64,000 nucleotides of DNA from an uncultured archaeon (GTDB lineage: Archaea > Asgardarchaeota > Lokiarchaeia > Sigyniarchaeales > SOKP01): positions 1 through 64,000 of the forward strand of contig CAZOYD010000002.1 in NCBI GenBank assembly GCA_964583985.1, read 5' to 3'. The notes under the pieces were generated by a model. That model saw nothing but the letters and a program-made list of their open reading frames with translations. It did no database searches and was not told the DNA's origin. Made by a program: the position numbers and the translations under genes. Shown one piece after another: positions 19,854 to 29,846 of this stretch (position 1 is the stretch's first letter; every line of letters begins with the position of its first letter).

Positions 19854-20327
19854 TTAATTTTTTGTATTGATAATCACGTTATCCACTTCAAAATGGCGAG
19901 TAACTAGCAGTTTAATCTTTCGAATCATTGATCCTTCTTTGCCGATGGCTTTTCCTCTATCTTGGGGTTTTACTGAAATTATGACGGTTTTTTTCTCATT
20001 TTTATTTTCTTTAATTTCAATCTCTTGAACAGTAATGGAATTTTTAGAGGTATTTAGAATGAATTGAATGAATTGTTCAAGTTTTTCTGAATATGGAATT
20101 ACATCTATTTTCTTTTGAAGCTTGTTCATTAAATCCTTGACATGTTCTCCTGACTTACCAATTGCTTTTCCAACATCTTCTTTTTTAACCAGGAAAATAA
20201 TAATTTCGGAATTATTTTCTGGAGATTCAAACGTTAAGCAATCTTTTATGATCGCTCCTGAAAGGTTGTTAAATAACGAGATGAGTTCCATGGATTTTCT
20301 ATCGAATTTGATATTTTTTCTTATCAT
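19854..20327 (-). CDS. nusA: Archaeal NusA (two KH domains)
   Basis: GKAIGKSG and RGKAIGKEG motifs; usual operon position. Confidence 0.93.
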   Translation of the reverse strand: MIRKNIKFDRKSMELISLFNNLSGAIIKDCLTFESPENNSEIIIFLVKKEDVGKAIGKSGEHVKDLMNKLQKKIDVIPYSEKLEQFIQFILNTSKNSITVQEIEIKENKNEKKTVIISVKPQDRGKAIGKEGSMIRKIKLLVTRHFEVDNVIINTKN

Positions 20328-20359
20328 GTTAGCTTGGACTCTTAAGTATAAATATTAAA

Positions 20360-20743
20360 TCACTTAGTTTTTAAGGTTATTAACGCACTATCACCGAATT
20401 CATTGATTCCTATAACCGAGATCATGTATGGCTTTCCCATGGCTAATCCAAGTTCCCAAGAAGATCCTTTATACTTGTAAATAAACATACTATTTTTCAT
20501 AAGGCTATTATAGTAGTTTATTTGATTTTCAAATTCGGTAGGACAATTTTGCGCGATGATCATCATTTTAAATGGTTTTTGCCTTAATTGCCGTAAGACT
20601 TGACTTTTACCAAAAATTATTTTTCCCGTTTTATATGCTACCTTGATATTTGTTTCGACGTCAAGTTCCTTCTTCTTCTTGCGTGATAGGTCGATTGAAT
20701 CACCAATGTTTTTGCTTTTCTTTGCCATCGTCTTAAAAACCAT
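20360..20743 (-). CDS. rpl30e: 50S ribosomal protein L30e
   Basis: KTGKIIFG, AQNCP, ELGLAMGKPY..S..I...GDS. Confidence 0.92.
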   Translation of the reverse strand: MVFKTMAKKSKNIGDSIDLSRKKKKELDVETNIKVAYKTGKIIFGKSQVLRQLRQKPFKMMIIAQNCPTEFENQINYYNSLMKNSMFIYKYKGSSWELGLAMGKPYMISVIGINEFGDSALITLKTK

Positions 20744-20866
20744 TTAGAATTTATCATACAATAATTAAGTAATAAAAGAAATACATGATGATTTAAATTT
20801 TTAATGCTAGTTTATGCCAAATTTCATGTTCAAATTTGAGGTTTTAGTCTTTTTTCTGTAATATTG

Positions 20867-22066
20867 TTAAATTTTTTTATTCTGTTCCAATATTTCCAGA
20901 TTACGATCTAGGTCAAACATGACTGAAACTCTCCCACTACCTATTGGACAGACTTGACCGACTATAACGTTTTCAGGAATTCCAAGTAAGCGTTCTTCTT
21001 CACCATAAAGCCCCGCATCAAGTAATTGATTTACAGTCACTTCGAATGCAGCCCTAGCAAAAACGCTGGATTTTGATCCCGATATACCATGTCTTCCAAT
21101 TGATTGAATTGCGCCATCCACTGTCATTAAATCAGATAAAATAAGTAAATGCCTAAGGTCTACATCCAATCCTTGTTGTTCAAGTACTTTTCTAGCTTCC
21201 TTAATAATCAATCCGCGAGCAGCTTCAATGCCATATAGTTTTTCAATTTCATGAATGTGATTTGAAACAGTTCTTGAAGCATCTACGCCTTCAATTTGCA
21301 CTACGCTTGGTAGATTCGTACCTTCAGTTTTAATGATCCATTCCTTATTATCATCCGTAGGGGTAATGAGTCCTCTTTTTATTCCTCTAATTCCTTTGAC
21401 GACTTTCTTGAGAATTTTTTCTCTTAATTTTTGAAGGCTTTGCAAATCTTCTATTCCAGGATCTATGATTATTGAATTACCTTCCCGTACGATCGTACCT
21501 TTTTTCTTATATCGCTTTAGAATTTCCGGAATTTTATCAATTTCAATGCTCTTTTTCTCGCAAATATCCGGTATGAGATGGATTACAATTTTCCAATCAA
21601 TGAAATCAAGATCCACATCAGAAGCAATTTGTTCAATTCGGATTTGTTCAATACGATTATGAACTTCAATTGCTTTAGCTTCACTCTCGTTGTAGGGCTT
21701 TTCCAAGTATATCTCCATCATGGGAGTTGATGGAAAACGGCGGGCATCAACAATTTCGATAAGTCTGGGAAGACCTTGAGTTACTGAAAATTCTTCTACT
21801 CCTGCATAGTGAAAGGTTCGGAGCGTCATTTGGGTACCTGGTTCTCCGATTGATTGGGCTGCAACGGTACCAACAGGTTCAGAGGTTTCTACGCCTGCAT
21901 TATTAAAGTTGATATAAATCTTATTCAGCAAGTATTCCAATTGTTCTTCTTCTAATTCCTCATTTAGAAGCTTATTTCTTATTTTATCGATTAGATCTTG
22001 CGGAATATCGTCTTCAATTAAATGAATTAATTTTTCTTCTAAATATTTTTTTGTTATTTTTACCAT
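20867..22066 (-). CDS. rpo1C: RNA polymerase subunit Rpo1C (A'')
   Basis: [48 protein letters not shown]. Confidence 0.98.
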   Translation of the reverse strand: MVKITKKYLEEKLIHLIEDDIPQDLIDKIRNKLLNEELEEEQLEYLLNKIYINFNNAGVETSEPVGTVAAQSIGEPGTQMTLRTFHYAGVEEFSVTQGLPRLIEIVDARRFPSTPMMEIYLEKPYNESEAKAIEVHNRIEQIRIEQIASDVDLDFIDWKIVIHLIPDICEKKSIEIDKIPEILKRYKKKGTIVREGNSIIIDPGIEDLQSLQKLREKILKKVVKGIRGIKRGLITPTDDNKEWIIKTEGTNLPSVVQIEGVDASRTVSNHIHEIEKLYGIEAARGLIIKEARKVLEQQGLDVDLRHLLILSDLMTVDGAIQSIGRHGISGSKSSVFARAAFEVTVNQLLDAGLYGEEERLLGIPENVIVGQVCPIGSGRVSVMFDLDRNLEILEQNKKI

Positions 22067-22074
22067 TAAATCAC

Positions 22075-25024
22075 CTATATACTATATCTCTCTTTCTTCC
22101 AATCTAGATATCCTTTGGTTAATTTACCTCTCCATTCAGCATTTTTACCTGTTTCTTCTTCATAATTTTTTCTCATTGCATCTTCATCGGGGACGGAGTC
22201 CTTTGTTTTGACTTCCTTCTCTATTTTCTTAGGTTTCTCAACGGTTTTCTTAGGGCTTTGTCTTTTCGGTTGAGCGCTTGATTTTAGTTCATCACGGATT
22301 TCATTAATATCTAGCGCTTTAGCCTTGAGCAATAATACATCAAGATTAACCGCATCGCTATGATCGGTATGCATAGGATCAATTCCATCATCACCATAGT
22401 AAAATTGAATTATGTTCTTATCAGAGTTTCTTACGGTGTGATCGTTCTCTACCACCATATCTTGCAATGCGTTTACAAGTCTTCTCTGCATATATCCAGA
22501 AGTGCTTGTTCTTACTGCAGTATCTACTAAGCCCTCACGACCACCCATCGCGTGAAAAAAGAATTCTTCGGGATTGAGCCCATTTCTATAAGAAGACTCG
22601 ACAAATCCCCTCGATCTTGGAGTAAGGTCATTTATTCTAAAGTGTGGTAGTGTTCTTTGACTGTATCCTCTGTTAATTCTTTCGCCTCTAATAGCTTGTT
22701 GTCCAACAACCGCAGACATCTGTCCTAAGTTTAATATATTTCCTCTTGCTCCAGATTTGGTCATAATAACAGAATGAGCTTCATCACCAATAAAATCAGC
22801 GGCAATTTCTTCGGCTTGTTTACGCGCTTCTGCTAATAATTGTCGAATTCGCAATTCTAAAGTTTCTTTTAAAGATCGTCCAGGAGCACGTTTCAAAATG
22901 GTCGTATCTTCTTCATAAAATGCGTTAATTAACTTATCAGCTTCTTCATCCGCGCCTTTCAATACTTTTTGTATTGCTTCATACGCATGACCATGAACAT
23001 AAACTTCATCTAACCCAATTGTCATTCCATTTTGTCTGATTACATATAATAGCATTTTAGTTGCATTATCTAAGAATTCTCTTCCTCGAGCATTTCCATG
23101 ATCTTTTATAATTCTTTGTAGAATGCTATTAGATTGCATTGGACCAAAAGAATTCTCATCTATTGTCCCTGTAACTAATTCACCGTTTTTTATAACGACG
23201 TAAGCATCATATTTACAATTTTCTTTCTCGCAGACGTCGCATTTTTTACAGAATTTGGATTTAACTTTAATATTTAAATCATCTGGAAAGAGTGAACTAA
23301 AAATTTGCTTGCCAGAATATAAGTTCTCAGGATCAGTCTGAGCAGGTACTAGGTTTTCTAGCTTAAAATCGGGATTTGAATCAAATACGCCCCCCATATA
23401 AAGCAAGTTTAAGGTATCTTTTTTATTATAAAGGGAGTTCAAACTAGTAAATTGAAAAACTGATGAAATAAAATCTTGAATCCCCCCTAAAATTGGTCCA
23501 CCGAATCGAGGAGATAGAATATGTTCTTGAACTTTAAGTAATAATTCTGCTTCCGTTCGTGCTTCCTCGCTTTGCGGAACATGAAGGTTCATCTCATCCC
23601 CATCAAAGTCAGCATTATATGGCGGACATACAGTAAGATTAAGTCTAAATGTTCTTCCATCCATAATTCTAACTTCATGAGCCATGATAGACATTCTATG
23701 AAGAGAAGGTTGCCGATTAAATAGAACTAAATCACCATCACTGAGATGGCGTTCTACTGTAAATCCAGGAGCTAATGTGTCAGCGATAATTTTACGATTC
23801 TTCACGTATCTGAGATCGATTCTTCTTCTGTCGTTTCTGATAATATAATTTGCACCAGGATGTCTAAAAGGTCCATTGATGACCATCTGCTTCATTTCTT
23901 CAATGTTCCAATCGTTAACGTTCGTAGGGATTGTTAAAATTTTAGCGATTTCAATAGGAACGCCCACTTCATTAATGCTAATATAAGGATTAGGTGATAT
24001 GACACTTCTTGCTGAAAAATCTACTCGCTTTCCACTTAAATTACTCCTGAATCTTCCTTCTTTTCCCTTTAATCTCTGAGTCAACGTTCTTAAAGCTCTA
24101 CCAGATCTATGGCGAGCAGGAGGAATTCCTGAAACTTGATTGTCAAAATAAGTGGTTATGTGATATTGTAATAATTCCCACAAGTCCTCTACGATTAAAT
24201 GCGGCGCTCCAGCGTCTATATTTTCTCTTAATCTCTGATTGATACGAATTACATCAACTAGTTTATGGGTTAAATCATCTTCTGATCGTATCCCACTGTC
24301 TAAAGTGATACTCGGTCGTGCACAAACAGGAGGGATCGGTAGAACTGTAAAAATGACCCATTCTAAACGCGCATTTTCAGGAGAAATGCCAAGAATTCTC
24401 AAATCATTGTCAGTCATTTTTTTCAAGCGCTCTAAGATCTCTATTGGGGTTAGTCTTCGAGATCCTTTACTCTCTTCTTCTTCATAATAGGTTGTGGGTT
24501 TTTCAATAATGATCTTCTTCTTTTTTGCTCCACAGTAAGGACACACTTTACTTTTTCTTGCCCTCTTGAAGACTATTTTTGAAGCATCCTCATCCCCCTC
24601 AAAAAAAATTGTTCTATGTTGTTGCTGTTCTGAATGGAACTTTTCCTTTTCTTCCTCTGTAAGCATCAATCGAGAACATTCGGGGCAAATCGATCTTAAC
24701 ACTTTCAGCACTTTTTTTGAGTATCCAACATGAATAACTGGTCGGGCCAATTCGATTTAGACGTTTTGAACGAAGAGTTCAGAAACAATGTCCAAAATGA
24801 CCCATACAATTACTAACCAGATTTCCACATGTTTGACATCGCTGTCCCGGCTCAATAGTGCCTAATCTTTGGTCCATTAATCCACTTGGAATTGGAAGCC
24901 CGTCTTCATCATAAGTATCCGCAGTAATAATTCGAGCGGCACTCATCTTACGAATTTCATCCGGAGATAAAAGACCAAACTTAATCTTATCAATTAACTT
25001 GGTACGTGAATATGTATAACTCAT
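22075..25024 (-). CDS. rpo1N: RNA polymerase subunit Rpo1N (A'), interrupted: join(25024..24788, 24756..22075), 972 aa if spliced
   Basis: Segment 1 (79 codons) MSYTYS...[10 protein letters not shown]...[17 protein letters not shown]; segment 2 [11 protein letters not shown]...NRQPSLH...[11 protein letters not shown]...TSGYMQRR. The two parts are in different frames, separated by 31 nt. Confidence 0.95.
24757..24787 (-). other. Candidate 31-nt bulge-helix-bulge (relaxed) intron in rpo1N
   Basis: mRNA GGAC-AU^U-GUUU-C-UGAAC-UCUUC-GUUCA-AAAC-GUCU-AA^A; removal restores GHFGH-IELARPV exactly. Confidence 0.8.
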
Positions 25025-25163
25025 ATTATAATAACATCCTCTAATTTTTGAATAAAATGAATGATCGTTATAGAATAAGTGAACAAATACTGCACTGTAA
25101 GAAAGAGAAGTAAGCAAATATTAAAAATTTTACTATTTCACCATCATTCATTATTATTTCCTC

Positions 25164-25820
25164 ATGTTTTTTTTTGAAGAAATTTTATTTTATTGCAATA
25201 TTTTAACCTATTTGATAATGAAGATTAAAACTATATTTAAAACCAAGATCGTTCTTATTATTATTCAGTTTTTGATATTAACTCTAGTGATTTATAGTTT
25301 TAATCATTTTTATCAAATAACCTTTGAAAGCGAAACGACCATAGAGCAACGAGCTATCATCCAATTTCTTGCGAATTATGTTACATTTGATGATATTAAT
25401 AGCATGATATTCATGTATGTACTTTGGATGATTGTCTCACTCATTCCAATCACTATCTATTTTGATCTTAAAAAAGCTTATTCCACCAACTTGAGTACAT
25501 TCTTTTTACTTAACTTTTTCTTCTATGTGTTTTTATATTGGCATTCACGTAATTTCTTTGACAGCCATTTCCCTTTTTTTATTATAAAAACTCTCTTACT
25601 TGGTTCTACCATAGTTGTATTTTCAATTGGATTATCGATAGGTTTAAATCAATTAAAAAAACATAGGAAAAAACAGAAACAAGAACAATCAACTCCGACA
25701 GGAGAAAAATCATTGATGATTTGTCCCAAATGTGGTACTGAATTTCAATCAATTCCCATGTTTTGCTTTAATTGTAATACTAAACTCACAAATGGAGAGG
25801 ATCTGAACTCTGAAATCTGA
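25164..25820 (+). CDS. Membrane protein with C-terminal zinc ribbon
   Basis: About 4 hydrophobic segments; CPKCG...CFNC. Confidence 0.7.
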   Translation: MFFFEEILFYCNILTYLIMKIKTIFKTKIVLIIIQFLILTLVIYSFNHFYQITFESETTIEQRAIIQFLANYVTFDDINSMIFMYVLWMIVSLIPITIYFDLKKAYSTNLSTFFLLNFFFYVFLYWHSRNFFDSHFPFFIIKTLLLGSTIVVFSIGLSIGLNQLKKHRKKQKQEQSTPTGEKSLMICPKCGTEFQSIPMFCFNCNTKLTNGEDLNSEI

Positions 25821-27273
25821 AAGTTCACGGAATTATTTTGATGTTCTGTTTAATCCTATAAACATCATGATATATGAAGCAAACCCAAAAATTTCATTTT
25901 TTGTGAACGGATTCATTCGACAAAATTTCGATTTAAACAATTTATTCCTAATTTCATCCAATTTCGATTCTATTCTTGATGTAAAATGTTTCAAATCAAT
26001 AGAGGAAGTTCCAGCGGAAATTATCGATTTAGTTATTCTCTCTGTCAGACGGAGCATTTTAATCGAAACTTTAGAGAACATTTTATCAAAAAAAAAAATT
26101 AAATTCTTCCATATTTTTACAGCAGGGACGGGAGAATCGGATGATGTCGGAGTTGAGATTGAGAAAAAAATAAAAAAGATTTTAAATCAATTTAGTGAAA
26201 CTAGAGCAATAGGTCCGAATTGTATGGGATTGTATTGTCCTAAAGGTAAAATTGCATATTACTCTTCATTTCCAATTGAATCAGGAAATATTGGGTTGAT
26301 TTTTCAGTCTGGAGATTTACATTCAAAAATGATAAAGTTTGGATCAAATCGATATGGTTTAAGGTTTTCTAAAGGAGTGAGTGTTGGAAACTGTGTGGAC
26401 ATTCAAATTTCTGAACTTTTAAGCTATTTTAATAAAGATGTTGATACTGATATAATCTGCGTGTATCAAGAGGGTTTTTCTCCATTTTCTAAAGAAGAAG
26501 GCAAGAGATTACTTAAGGTCATGAAAAAAATGCAAAAACCTGTTTTATACATGCGAGGAGGGAAAACAACACGAGGTCAAACGGCTGTATTGACCCATAC
26601 AGGCGCAATCGCAACTTCAAAAAATATTTGGAATGCTATATTCAAGCAAACTCCTATTATTGAGGTAAAATCTTCTTTAGATGAGCTAATCGATTATTCT
26701 TACTTGTTCTCAAAATATTTTTATCATTTTCAAGCACGTAAAAACCCGATATGCTATCCTGAAAATAAGAGAGTTTTGGTTGTTTTGTGGTCTGGGGGAT
26801 TTGGAATATTAGCAACAGATTCTTTAACGGAGTTAGGCTTTGATCTTCCACATTTCCAGGGGGATGCATTAGAAAAACTTAAGGCAATTTATCCATCAAA
26901 GATTGGTAGCTTAGCGAATCCATTTGACTTACCGTGGGTAACTTCTAAGAAAGAATATTTAGATGTATGCAAGACTGCGATTGATGATAATATTGATCTC
27001 GTTTTAGTAGAAACTGATGCTTGGAATGACTTTGAATCAGACAATTTTAAGGGATATTACCATAATTTAAATGAAATAAAAAAGCATGTCAATTCTCTAA
27101 ATAAAGTCTTAATGATTATATTACACGAATATCCAAGTGAATCAAGAAAAGAGTTTTATGAAATGCTCATCGCAGATAATTTTCTAGTATATAGGAATAT
27201 TGAAATCGCCGCCAAGGCATTTCTCAAACTTTTTGAATATGGTCAGAAACTAAAACATCTGGATAATCTCTGA
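25810..27273 (+). CDS. Acyl-CoA synthetase (ADP-forming) alpha-subunit-like CoA-binding protein (likely CTG start 25810; first ATG 25867)
   Basis: FDVLFNP N-terminus upstream of the ATG, IGPNCMG, QSG, SVGNCVD, THTGAIA (phospho-His), SGGFG, NPFDL. Confidence 0.85.
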   Translation: MKSESSRNYFDVLFNPINIMIYEANPKISFFVNGFIRQNFDLNNLFLISSNFDSILDVKCFKSIEEVPAEIIDLVILSVRRSILIETLENILSKKKIKFFHIFTAGTGESDDVGVEIEKKIKKILNQFSETRAIGPNCMGLYCPKGKIAYYSSFPIESGNIGLIFQSGDLHSKMIKFGSNRYGLRFSKGVSVGNCVDIQISELLSYFNKDVDTDIICVYQEGFSPFSKEEGKRLLKVMKKMQKPVLYMRGGKTTRGQTAVLTHTGAIATSKNIWNAIFKQTPIIEVKSSLDELIDYSYLFSKYFYHFQARKNPICYPENKRVLVVLWSGGFGILATDSLTELGFDLPHFQGDALEKLKAIYPSKIGSLANPFDLPWVTSKKEYLDVCKTAIDDNIDLVLVETDAWNDFESDNFKGYYHNLNEIKKHVNSLNKVLMIILHEYPSESRKEFYEMLIADNFLVYRNIEIAAKAFLKLFEYGQKLKHLDNL

Positions 27274-27335
27274 GATTTTTAGTTATTTTCAATTTTTTTC
27301 TGAAAAAATATATCTCATGAATTACAATTATCTTA

Positions 27336-28289
27336 ATGGCTGGAGAGTTTATTGCAATTTTTGCTGTTTTAACATTTGTTGTATCAAATGTTATATTTAA
27401 AAGGGTTGAACCTGAAGCAAGCCCGATATTCATTAACTTTGTTCGCACAGCTATTGGAACGCTCACGTTTTTCATAATTTCAGTAATATTTAACGTGATC
27501 TTTAAAATATTTTTTCTTCCGTGGGAATTATGGATGATTCTATTCATTAGTTTTATATTTGGACAAATAATAGGTGATACGGCATACTTTATTGCCCAAA
27601 AAGACTTGGGGACTACGCTAGCTCTTGCAGTTTCCATGATTTTCCCGCTCATAACTTTTATTCTCTCAATAATCTTTTTAAATGAACCATTTGACTTACG
27701 AATAGTTTTTTCGCTTTTCCTTGTTGGGATAGGCATTTATATAATTGGTCAAAGCAAAATAAGTATTAATTTACCATCCAAAACTTTTAAAGAATCAGAA
27801 AATACTAATTTTAAAAGTTCTAAACCTCGATTTAAGGCAATTAGCTTTGGACTTTTAGCTGCTCTTGGATGGGCAATAGGTTTAGTAATTATTGATTTTG
27901 CTACTAATGAAATCAATCGCATTTTATCAGTAGCAGAATTAAGTTCTGTAATTGGAAATGTCATAAGGTTTCCATTTGCTTTATTAATATTACTATCAAT
28001 GGTTTTACGTGAAAATTATAGAACAAAGTTAGCGTATACAAATATAAAAAGAAGTAGAAAAACCTGGACTCTCTTAATTATAGGTGCGATTATTGGTACA
28101 TCTATAGGCGCTTACTTTTATACTGAAGCTGCTCGAGTAGCAGGTGCGACAATCATGGCATTGATTGCTAGCGCTAGTCCCCTATTTTCCCTCCCACTAA
28201 CATATTTCATAAATAAAGAAAAAATTACTAAATTTGGCTTTGTTGGGGTTATTTTAACAATTTTAGGTGTAATAATTATTATAATTTGA
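27336..28289 (+). CDS. DMT/EamA family transporter
   Basis: About 10 TM helices in two repeats; GDTAYF, LNEP, NKEKI. Confidence 0.85.
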   Translation: MAGEFIAIFAVLTFVVSNVIFKRVEPEASPIFINFVRTAIGTLTFFIISVIFNVIFKIFFLPWELWMILFISFIFGQIIGDTAYFIAQKDLGTTLALAVSMIFPLITFILSIIFLNEPFDLRIVFSLFLVGIGIYIIGQSKISINLPSKTFKESENTNFKSSKPRFKAISFGLLAALGWAIGLVIIDFATNEINRILSVAELSSVIGNVIRFPFALLILLSMVLRENYRTKLAYTNIKRSRKTWTLLIIGAIIGTSIGAYFYTEAARVAGATIMALIASASPLFSLPLTYFINKEKITKFGFVGVILTILGVIIIII

Positions 28290-28389
28290 GACTTTCTCAA
28301 ATTATCGAAGCTAATTGAAAAACCTGCTTAATTTTGTTTCAATTAATGAAAATATAATTCTTTTTAATTAATTAAAGTTAAATAATCAT

Positions 28390-28959
28390 ATGAATATTGA
28401 AATTAAACCATTACAACCACATTTGATTGATGATTTTTTGTATTATTTTGATGAAGTAGGATTTACTGATAATCCCGAATGGTCGAGATGCTATTGTTAC
28501 TTTCATCATTTCCCTGGTTCAACTAAAAAATGGATGACCCGCACAAAGGAAGAAAATCGCGCTGATTCCGCAAATTTGGTCCTAAGTGGTGTTATAAATG
28601 GTTTTCTAGCTTACTTGGATGGAAAACCTATTGGATGGATAAATACAGATCTAAAAGAAAATTACTTAAGGGTGCCTTTTGAAAAAGATTTAAAACCAAG
28701 TAAGGAAGGAAAATTGGCCTCAATAGTGTGCATATTGATAGCTCCTTCGTATAGAAAAAAGGGTATTGCTAAACAGCTTTTGAAGAATGTTCTGGTAGAA
28801 TTGAAAAAAAAAGGTGTAAAATGGGTAGAAGTGTATCCTCGATTAGGTGATTTACCTGACGCACATCAGTATCATGGACCTCTTTCATTATATCAAGCTG
28901 AAGGTTTTTCGATTGTTAAGAAATTAAAGAATATGGTTGTAATGCAAAAAGAACTATAA
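28390..28959 (+). CDS. GNAT family N-acetyltransferase
   Basis: WSRCYC, CILIAPSYRKKGIA, VEVYP, YHGPLSLY...GF. Confidence 0.88.
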   Translation: MNIEIKPLQPHLIDDFLYYFDEVGFTDNPEWSRCYCYFHHFPGSTKKWMTRTKEENRADSANLVLSGVINGFLAYLDGKPIGWINTDLKENYLRVPFEKDLKPSKEGKLASIVCILIAPSYRKKGIAKQLLKNVLVELKKKGVKWVEVYPRLGDLPDAHQYHGPLSLYQAEGFSIVKKLKNMVVMQKEL

Positions 28960-29028
28960 TCGATAAAATAACCATTCTTATCCTTCTTTATAAAAAAATT
29001 ACTTAATAATGATAAATAAAGCAAAGAA

Positions 29029-29805
29029 ATGGAAAATATTTGGAAGATTAGAGACATTATTCAAGAATTTGAGGATTTAAAAGAAGATATTATAAAATTT
29101 TTAAAGATCCGTAAGGAATTGGATATTGTCACTAAAAACCTTTGGATTGCAGATGTAAAAGATTTTTACTATAATATCGTATCCGCTTGGGAAATGTTAT
29201 ATAGCACGACGAAAGGAAATTTGGAATGTTTAGATAATTCTAAAAATTATTTACACCTCGCAAGAGGTCAGTTAGCTAAATCCATAAGTGAATTACAATT
29301 TTATAAAGAGGAGTCTGTATATAATCTAATAAAAGAAGTTGAATTTATTTTTGAACAATGCTGGAATGCTTTTCATTTCGAATTCGCACATTTAACTCCA
29401 ACTAAGAAAAAAATTGAGCCTATTGCCAGAGTTATAAAGGTATCTAAATCAGAATACCACTTACCTTGTTCGATATGTGGTAAAATTTCTGTCAAATTTA
29501 AGATAGGTCCTGATTGGCTTGATAAACATGAATCACTAGTTTACAGTGGCATCACGCATAGTAGATCATTAAGCAAGAAACTTGCTATCCCGTTATTTGA
29601 AATTCTGGATAATGAAGATATTTCAGGAGTTCATCAGTTCATGTTAAAGCATCATTCTTTCGAAGGATTAGATGCTTATTGTCCTGAATGCGATAAAGTA
29701 TATTGTTGGGAACATTATAACGCAAGAGAAGAATATGATGATGGATTTTACGATTATACTTATGGTGAATGCCCAAATGGACATCGAAGGATGATCGATG
29801 ATTAA
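29029..29805 (+). CDS. Hypothetical protein with C-terminal Cys/His metal-binding domain
   Basis: CSIC...YCPECDKVYCWEH...CPNGH. Confidence 0.65.
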   Translation: MENIWKIRDIIQEFEDLKEDIIKFLKIRKELDIVTKNLWIADVKDFYYNIVSAWEMLYSTTKGNLECLDNSKNYLHLARGQLAKSISELQFYKEESVYNLIKEVEFIFEQCWNAFHFEFAHLTPTKKKIEPIARVIKVSKSEYHLPCSICGKISVKFKIGPDWLDKHESLVYSGITHSRSLSKKLAIPLFEILDNEDISGVHQFMLKHHSFEGLDAYCPECDKVYCWEHYNAREEYDDGFYDYTYGECPNGHRRMIDD

Positions 29806-29846
29806 TATGAAAAATATATTTCATTTAAATTATAGAGATATTTGCT

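Noticed and set aside
24779-24781. In-frame TGA in rpo1N as selenocysteine or readthrough
   Set aside because: Readthrough would not fix the frameshift, since 31 is not a multiple of 3.
24779-25117. 112-aa and 891-aa ORFs read as two separate genes or as a pseudogene
   Set aside because: They are consecutive parts of Rpo1N with intact catalytic motifs; a clean 31-nt structured insert explains the break better. A naturally split protein is kept only as an alternative hypothesis.
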